From the NCBI GenBank assembly GCA_977030845.1, contig OZ365114.1, positions 21,266,001 to 21,330,000 of the forward strand: a stretch of 64,000 nt of DNA. The letters are read 5' to 3'. The notes under the pieces are model-generated. The model saw only the letters and a list, made by a program, of their open reading frames with translations. It searched no databases and was not told where the DNA came from. Each line of letters begins with the position of its first letter. Position 1 is the first letter of the stretch. A program made the position numbers and the translations under genes. Below, piece by piece: positions 57,040 through 64,000 of the stretch. The DNA comes from Fimbriosthenelais zetlandica. Its lineage: Eukaryota.

Positions 57040-57360
57040 TGGTCGCTCAACGCTGACGCACATGCAGACGCATGTGCCGGTTGAGTATTCATTACAGAGC
57101 ACGATAGGGGGCACACTTATCAGTAGCTATTCATGACATTCCACTGGGACGCTGTCGTACGTCCTCCGACACTGACATCGTCAGAGGAACATGATGTAAG
57201 CGGTAGGGTCAGGATTGGAAGACCGTTATCGGACAGACGCCAGATGCCGACACGCGCATGCGCCCACCGGAAACTGATTAGGGCAGTTCGTTCATCAGTA
57301 CGAGAATAAATGAGAAAAGAACAGCCTGCTGACGTAAAGTCACTGGGGCGAATTTCTCGT
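57040..57360. promoter_or_regulatory. Intronic CpG-rich promoter-like element
   Basis: Roughly 30 CpGs in about 320 bp in a CpG-poor neighbourhood. Perfect NRF1 palindrome GCGCATGCGC 57254-57263, adjacent ETS ACCGGAAA 57266-57273, reverse CCAAT near 57213 and TGACG half-CRE sites near 57054 and 57331. Confidence 0.6.
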
Positions 57361-57699
57361 GGTTACTTTACTTTATACACGGGGAAGATTTATTGTAACT
57401 GATAAAATACTGCTCAAACTCTACCATAAGTTCAATTCAAATCTCCATAGAACTCGCAACTCTTAATATCACATCTATTATGTTTTAATTTGGGTCAAAT
57501 CAATCTGTACTTTTTTAAAGCAGCTACAAACTAGAATGCCTCCCTTGATATTTCCATTTATTGAATGAAAAAAAAATAGAATGTTGTTTGATGCACTCAT
57601 GGTATTTGTCGGAGAAATTCTTCCCACGCCCCTTAATTCAGCTCTTGTGGCTGCTATGAAGATGAGTGGAAACTATATGAACTCCACCTCCTCCTTACC

Positions 57700-57736
57700 A
57701 CCCTCCCCACCCTCCCCACCCTCCCCAAACCCTCCC
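57700..57736 (-). repeat. (ACCCTCCCC)x4 tract; G-quadruplex-forming on the minus strand
   Basis: 9-bp unit at 57700, 57709, 57718 and 57729; the minus strand reads (GGGGAGGGT)n with at least four G3+ runs and 1-nt loops. Confidence 0.8.
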
Positions 57737-60700
57737 ATCCACCGTACTTCATACACCAGTCTATAGAAGACCCAGCAGCGTGCGGCCCAACTGCATTGAC
57801 GATTAAAGTGTTGCTTTTAAGACGCTCCCCATTATGGATCTGTGGGCTTTTTAACAATGCAGCCACTTCTCTGCTTAGGAGCAGCCATTGAAAAGCTGAC
57901 ATTGAAGTGACTCAGTTTATTGAATTGCAAAGTAAGAAGAAGAAGGGGGAAAGAAGATGATGAAAACGCTGGGGAGGATGGATGGGTGTGCACTGGGGGT
58001 ACATGCACTGATAAAGAGAAGCTCTAGATGTATAAGACATTTGGGGGTGCCCTCTCCGCCTCACGCTTTTCCCCTCTCCGCAGGATCCAGGGTAGGCTAC
58101 TTAAAAGTAAGGCCTAGTTGGAGGTCAAGGGCCCAGCTTTTGTCTATTTTACTCTCTCCCTTGTTCAGTTTCTCCCTCTGGCTTCATTTGCTACATCCTG
58201 ACCTGATGGACCACTTTACCCTCACTCACGAGGCTTCCACTGTATCCAAGTGGCCCGGCACAAGTACAGAGGTGCTTCTGGGTCTGAGAAAAAAGTGGAA
58301 GTCTCAAGATCACTCTAGATGCTGTCTTGAAAAGAAAGACCTGAGATAAAAGTGGGAGGGATATGTAGATTGCCCTGGGTGGGCCTCACTGAAAACACAC
58401 TCAGAGCTCTTACAGACAATCGGAATACAGCGCAAAGCCTCCTAAAGAGTTTCTTTCAAAACAAGTTTCTAAATTTCTGCTGTATTTGCCCAGCAGGCAT
58501 GCTATTTTAGTCATTCCGCTTGAATGTCTTGCTGGTATCTTAGCCTTCATCACTCTCAAATGAGTGATGCTTCAAGGTAGTTCTACTCTCGGTGAACAGT
58601 GAGAAACCAAGGAGGGGTTGTGCCTACCAAAGCGGCTGAGAACCCTGTATACCTGTTTTGACCTCTTCATTTCGATTTACTTTCAACGAGAGGCAGTTGG
58701 AGGCGCGCCATTTTGATCCTTTGGGTATATGAAAAGAGTCTTTGATCCTTGCACTCATTGACCCTTGTTCCTGTCATGGATCGGTTTTAGCAAGTTTTGA
58801 GGGCTGAAAAATATGATCAAACGAATCAGTATCTTCTGTTTTTGTCAATGCAAAATAGAGCGTCATTTGAGGCAACAAACCAAGCCAGGGTTGGAAGTGA
58901 GTCTGAAAATTGGAAAGAAAGTGGCTAAAAAAAATATTACTCAGATCTACAAGTGATGTTTTCACCATGTAGCCCTCGCTGAATGCGACTTACGTTAATA
59001 TGATTGACGTTTGAAGTGAGCAAAACATTGGACTCTTTATGCAGCTGAGCTTTATTGCTTTTGACTCTCAATTTACATTTTTGCACTAGTGCCAAAAGAG
59101 ATTTCATCGGCAGCTTTAGCATCTGGTCAAAACGTTGCAACTATGTATGATACTGTTGCATATAATGATATCTATTTGAAATTAATTATCTTTGAAGATA
59201 TCATCTTGTGCTCCAGGATGCACTCGTGACCTAAGAGCTGTTCACTTGAGCATCCCAGATTGCATGCACTGACATCACTGATTGCTGATATAAAGCCAGG
59301 ATCTACACAACTCCCTCACACTCCACAGCACTGCCAAGTCTGGATAACTGACTCCACTGATTATCTATTAATTAACAATGCAGCCTTTTGGCAAAGTCAC
59401 AATGGCCCTTTTGTCCAATGTCATGTGGCCCGGCCTTGCCTTATACAATACCAGTACAGGGATACCCTATTCGAGCTAAGTGGGGCCTGCAGAAGCATCT
59501 TGGTAGTGAGGCAGCCCGACAAATTGTTCCATGGGGAAAGTCAACTACAGGCAAGCCACAGAACGTATAGCCCTTCTCTGACAATAGATACTGGAAACTG
59601 GGCAGATTTCAGTCCATTGTGGTTGTCAATAGGGAGAGCTTTCATGGTTTTAAACTGGCCATTGTGTCAAAAGGACTTAAGCCAGGAGTGGGACTGGGCG
59701 CTGCCTGTCAGCTACCATTATGGCAGTGAGATTATGATGAGCTGGTGGGGGGATTTAGGCCTACTTAGGCCTCCATATGTTTGTGGCTGTCATTCTCCAC
59801 CTACTCTCAAGCTAATCACATCACGCCAGCCAGGCGTTATAAACATGCGGCTATTTTCCCCTGGTCATATCCTAACTAAGCTCCTAATGCGTTGTTGGAC
59901 TGATTTTTAATCCATAGGTCACCATTATAGTGTTACCTAAGTCAGGCATAAGTTACCATTAGACTAATGGGTAAATTAGGTGGAATCCCCCAATTATCAT
60001 TAACTAGTTGAGTGAGGGATATGCTACTTGTAATCGCAATCCAATATGTGTCACCATCAATTCTTATGCTATAGCATCATTATTTTTTTCAGTTTGCATG
60101 TTTACCTCGTACGCGAGAAATCTGAGTAAAATAATAATATTCCTCTAGCTGTAGGAATAGTTGTCCACTGGAGGAGGTAGTGCCCTTTTCTAACCATACA
60201 GGGTCAGTGGCCAACTGAGTTGATAAGCCAGGGAATATTTATTCGTGACTAAGGCAAAACTTGTGTCCGGATAGGAGGACATAGATGGATAAGCCTCAGG
60301 TGTTATTGATCGTCTTGTGGGACAGCGCGATCGGAAGATTGAAACACACCCCTAACCGCAACTTGGAATAAATTAGCGCCTAATCCACCGCCAGGGTGCC
60401 GTGTATTTAGGCCACAGACGATGCCTTTCACCAACGGGAAATAAGGGCTGAAAGGCACAGCACGGCAGGCACTGGCACGGCAAGATTGTTGCCAGAAACC
60501 TGGGCTTGCCCTTGCAGGGGCAGCTGAGGCCCTGGCTTCCTGTATTATCGCCCTGGTGTGAAAGCAAGGTGTGGACACACAATACATGCTTTTCACGCAA
60601 ACATCTGCAAGGAAATGAGCAGGATTACGGGTATTGGCGACAACAGATTACGTCGCCAGCCCGGCAACCGGCACCCAATGAAAAGAGTCCAGAAAGGGCT

Positions 60701-63700
60701 GCCGCGGGGCGGCTCGGGAAGGACCCAGATGTGGCTGCGAGGATCAGGTCGAGCGCTTGGGCCATTCACATTGCTCCTACTTCAATCAGCTTCCTCCTTC
60801 GAGAGCCATAATAAAGAGCTGCTCGACGAGTGGACTGGTCAGACCTGGTCAGTCCAACTGGTCATCTCTCAGAGGCTGGGCTGACTTAACACGACCACTG
60901 GACCCTCACTCAGGCCAATATACAACATGCCATTAGACACACACAAACCATCAAGCCCCCCACCAGCCCCCCTTGTCCCTCAGCTCCTCCTAAAGCTGCC
61001 CACTTTCTATGGAGTGACCATTGGAGTGGTATTGCTCCCCTATTGCCCATCCTTCTCCACCTTGGTGGCACCAAGGTGGAGAGGATCAGGTGGAGTGGTA
61101 TGGGACAGGAATGTTAATGTCCTCTACCCCGTCCAGACCCCAAAATATGGCTTAAAGTACCTTGAGTGGCATACTGAATTCAGTATTGACTTTTCTTATA
61201 CTGTTTCTCATTTCAGTTTGCATATATCCCAAAAGATGCCTCAATAAATCTCTAAAAGTGTTTTGTTTCACTATGTGCCTCATTGTGTATAAACTTTGCT
61301 GTTTGGTCACAATGTTAAGCACTTATTTGTCCTCTCCGAGAACTAAATGCAGCAGCAATGGCAGAACCGGGCTGAAGTTGATAATGTGTTGAATAATATT
61401 AGCTCGAGATGTATGAAACTGTTGAGCCATGACCTAGTTACTATAAGCACAGATAGCATTGATTTATTACAACTTCTATGAATCATTGTCCTCGTATTCA
61501 TGCATGTCTATTATGTCTTTTGGGAGTCGGCCCGCATATATTCCGTTCACCCAATTCATACATCAATCAAACACATCCTGATACAATGCATCACCTTCTG
61601 AAATTGTTTTGATAGATATCACGGAGCACACAACAGAGCATGCTATATGTTTCACCAGCCCAGCTATGAGTTAATGTAGGCACGGAGGTTGACCACCAAC
61701 ACCTTATAGATATACATTAGAGGTGCATTTACCATGCGCCCATCCACTCCCTCTGTAAGTGGCCATGGTCCTGTCGCTTACATAGCAGAACGTTGCAAAT
61801 GGCGCCACGTCAAAGGAGACGTCACAAAACGTCATGAGAGCATTTGGCCAGGCTTTGGCGGGCATTGAGGTTTGGCGCTATAGGTCTGCGTACTGTTTAC
61901 TCGCTGCACATTTCTCATGGCAAATTAATGGTTGCGGACATGCCACCTGTGAGCTGCGGGCTTCAGGATCACCCCAATCCAGGTGATTCCTGTCATTTAG
62001 ATGCAAATCCCTAACCCGCCGTCTTTCAGCGCCTCGAGAAGCAAGTGTTTACTCTTGCTCGGCGGATGAATACATCTGCCTAATGCCTGCTGCCCTAGCA
62101 ACCACTGCGCGCCAAAAAGAATGTGCATTAGGCCCCGTTACCACGTTAGGCCCCCCTTGTTCTGACAAGGCGCTTTGCTCATTTACATATTAATAGTTTC
62201 AAAAACCTCCCCACTTTGGAAACGTGGCCATTGTTAGTTAAAGGTGCGACAAGAGGGGAAAGATTATCTCCTGGTAAAAGTGCTTACTGTTTCATTGCTT
62301 TGGTAATGGTTCAAATCCGAATGGATCATCTCATTGATGTGATTATTTCATTGGAGGAGGAGGGCTTGGGAATTTGGAGAGGGGAGCTACCCCACAAGTG
62401 GAGGATCGAGCATACATGTTAAAAGATGAAAAGACCCATGGTAATCTAATGAGGAGCCGCAAAAGATAATAAAAATTCACCTGCTTTATCTCGCTCACGA
62501 TCCATGTAGGTGGTCCTCTCGGTTAGTTTTATTTATTTTTTGCCCCAGCTGAACTCTTTCGCCTTCCCTCAATGGACAGCTCTGACAGGTCGAGAGGGAG
62601 ATCTCACTTTTCTTTCATAGAAGAGGCTGCTTAAACTTTAAGGAATTCTATGCATGTAATACCACATGAGAATTGGTGGTGGTTTGGGTGTTAGGAGTTC
62701 CTTTCTTATGGAGGTCGTGTTTTTCAATTCCAAATTTACAGGAAGACAATCTGAAAGGCGAACTTTCACGTCATGATTGAATACTGGAAGCAAAACGTCT
62801 CTTGTTACACTCGTTTTCAGGCTATGTCTATCAAAAAGCATCTGAAAAAAAATCAAGGTGTTTGTGACTTATTCCTGTCATTATCGAGGGATTACTCCCT
62901 GATTTAGCTATCAGGGGTTACATAACATGATGAATATTTAGACAGGGTGTGGTATATATTCAAGCCATATCATTAATATAATGACATCAACAATAGGATA
63001 TGCCATGTACAGGACTCTAACAAGATGTAAGATATCATGACTGGTCCTGTCACCTCCAGTAGGAACCTCTATGTTTGTGACCTGCCTTTCTCCTCCAGGG
63101 ACTTCCATTATTATAACACCGACCTTTATTTAATCTCTTTTCCCCACCACCCCTGTCATTGACAGTCATGTGAGGCATACATTTTTTGTTCGCCCTTACT
63201 GGCCACCTTACCCATTGTCAGCTGACCTGTCCGCCTTCCGGTTCCTGCCTGGCACACACTCTTTGCCTCGGAGGCTGGAGTTTTATTCATAAGAAAAGGC
63301 CAGGTTGTCACCTCTTAGCTCTGCTTGCTTCCTTCTCTATTGACCAGTTTCTCTAATAACTGAGGTGTCATTGAGAGAGGGGGGACTCCTTGAGTGGAAT
63401 ACAGGTGTCGCTGATGGCCTGGGGGCATCTTTTTTTCCACGGCCTGGTCACTTGGGGTGCTGGAGGCTGGCTCGGGGGCTCTTTATTAGAGTGAAGGTGG
63501 CTGATTTTTGCACCTTTTTAGGGCAGCATTTTCCTATGACTGTTCAGCATCGATCGATTCAACCACTTCAGCAGTCTATGTCATCTGCTCCCTATCCCCC
63601 TCCTGACCCCCACCCCCCGGCTTACCCCGACCCCCACAGAAGCCACTTTGCCTGCCTTATGATTCTTTCATCAAATGCCTGAGGAGCTTGTGAATGCTCC

Positions 63701-64000
63701 CTGGCCCTGGGCGTTTCTAGCCCCTGATCCTCATATTGACCACTTTGTGTCTGAATTCTACACACACAAAAGGCAGTCTTTGCAAACAGTTCACTTCTCA
63801 AGACCAGAGATGAAGGCCCGGTAGAAAGCCCCACCTGATTACAGAGACACCATACCTTGTCATTATTGCTATATAGAGAGGTGAAACTCCCCCATTCAAT
63901 GACCCATTAAAACCAACTGAGAAGAACCGAAATTACTGTTTGCTCGACTATTAGATAGGCTTATTATTGTACCTGCAGGTCAGGCCAGAATTAATTAAAT

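Larger units (their letters stand above)
31443..64000 (+). other. MPDU1: MPDU1 intron 4 (at least 32,558 nt, open at window end)
   Basis: Strong donor at 31443 and no downstream MPDU1 exon found by eye. Assumes the gene is intact with its last exons further right. Confidence 0.7.

Noticed and set aside
26746-63980. Possible recursive splice sites AG|GT at 26747, 35350, 43500, 54094 and 63978
   Set aside because: None combines a strong pyrimidine tract with a GTAAG or GTGAG donor, and this number is expected by chance in 45 kb. A saw-tooth nascent RNA-seq pattern would be needed.
19800-64000. The many 60-216 aa ORFs in the supplied track (e.g. 30242-30787, 59260-59910, 40903-41313)
   Set aside because: No recognisable domains, overlapping on both strands, many with non-ATG starts, and no transposase, RT or HMG motifs; consistent with chance ORFs in GC-richer blocks.
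63979-64000. Acceptor at the window end as MPDU1 exon 5
   Set aside because: Reads VRPELIK in the required phase, unlike the conserved ..QA..N..NGHTGQLSA segment.

Overview
Eukaryotic (animal, probably non-vertebrate bilaterian; taxon not determinable from this window) genomic DNA in two sharply different halves. Bases 1-19.2 kb are a compact gene cluster whose 32 resolvable introns are 89-836 nt. It holds a Vac8-like armadillo-repeat gene (+, 5' end unresolved), an SLC22 organic-cation transporter (+, with a GC-AG intron), ALDH9A1 (-, with a mitochondrial-type presequence) and, head-to-head with it, MPDU1 (+). After MPDU1 exon 3 the architecture changes: intron 3 is 12,034 nt and intron 4 runs at least 32.5 kb off the window, with no recognisable nested protein-coding gene or transposon ORF. 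The transition is marked by a candidate short terminal exon with AATAAA and a duplicated module of divergent CTCF-like motifs. The giant introns contain CpG-retaining blocks rich in Sox, TCF and homeodomain motifs, a housekeeping-type CpG promoter-like element at about 57.2 kb, a 30-bp minisatellite, and many GC-richer blocks packed with short stem-loops whose wobble pairs are mostly G-U on the + (MPDU1 pre-mRNA) strand. Best reading (inference): MPDU1 is a bystander gene whose introns carry the regulatory landscape of a developmental gene outside the window (human MPDU1 abuts SOX15), and those introns may be pervasively folded as RNA. All structure and motif calls were made by eye and need computational controls.
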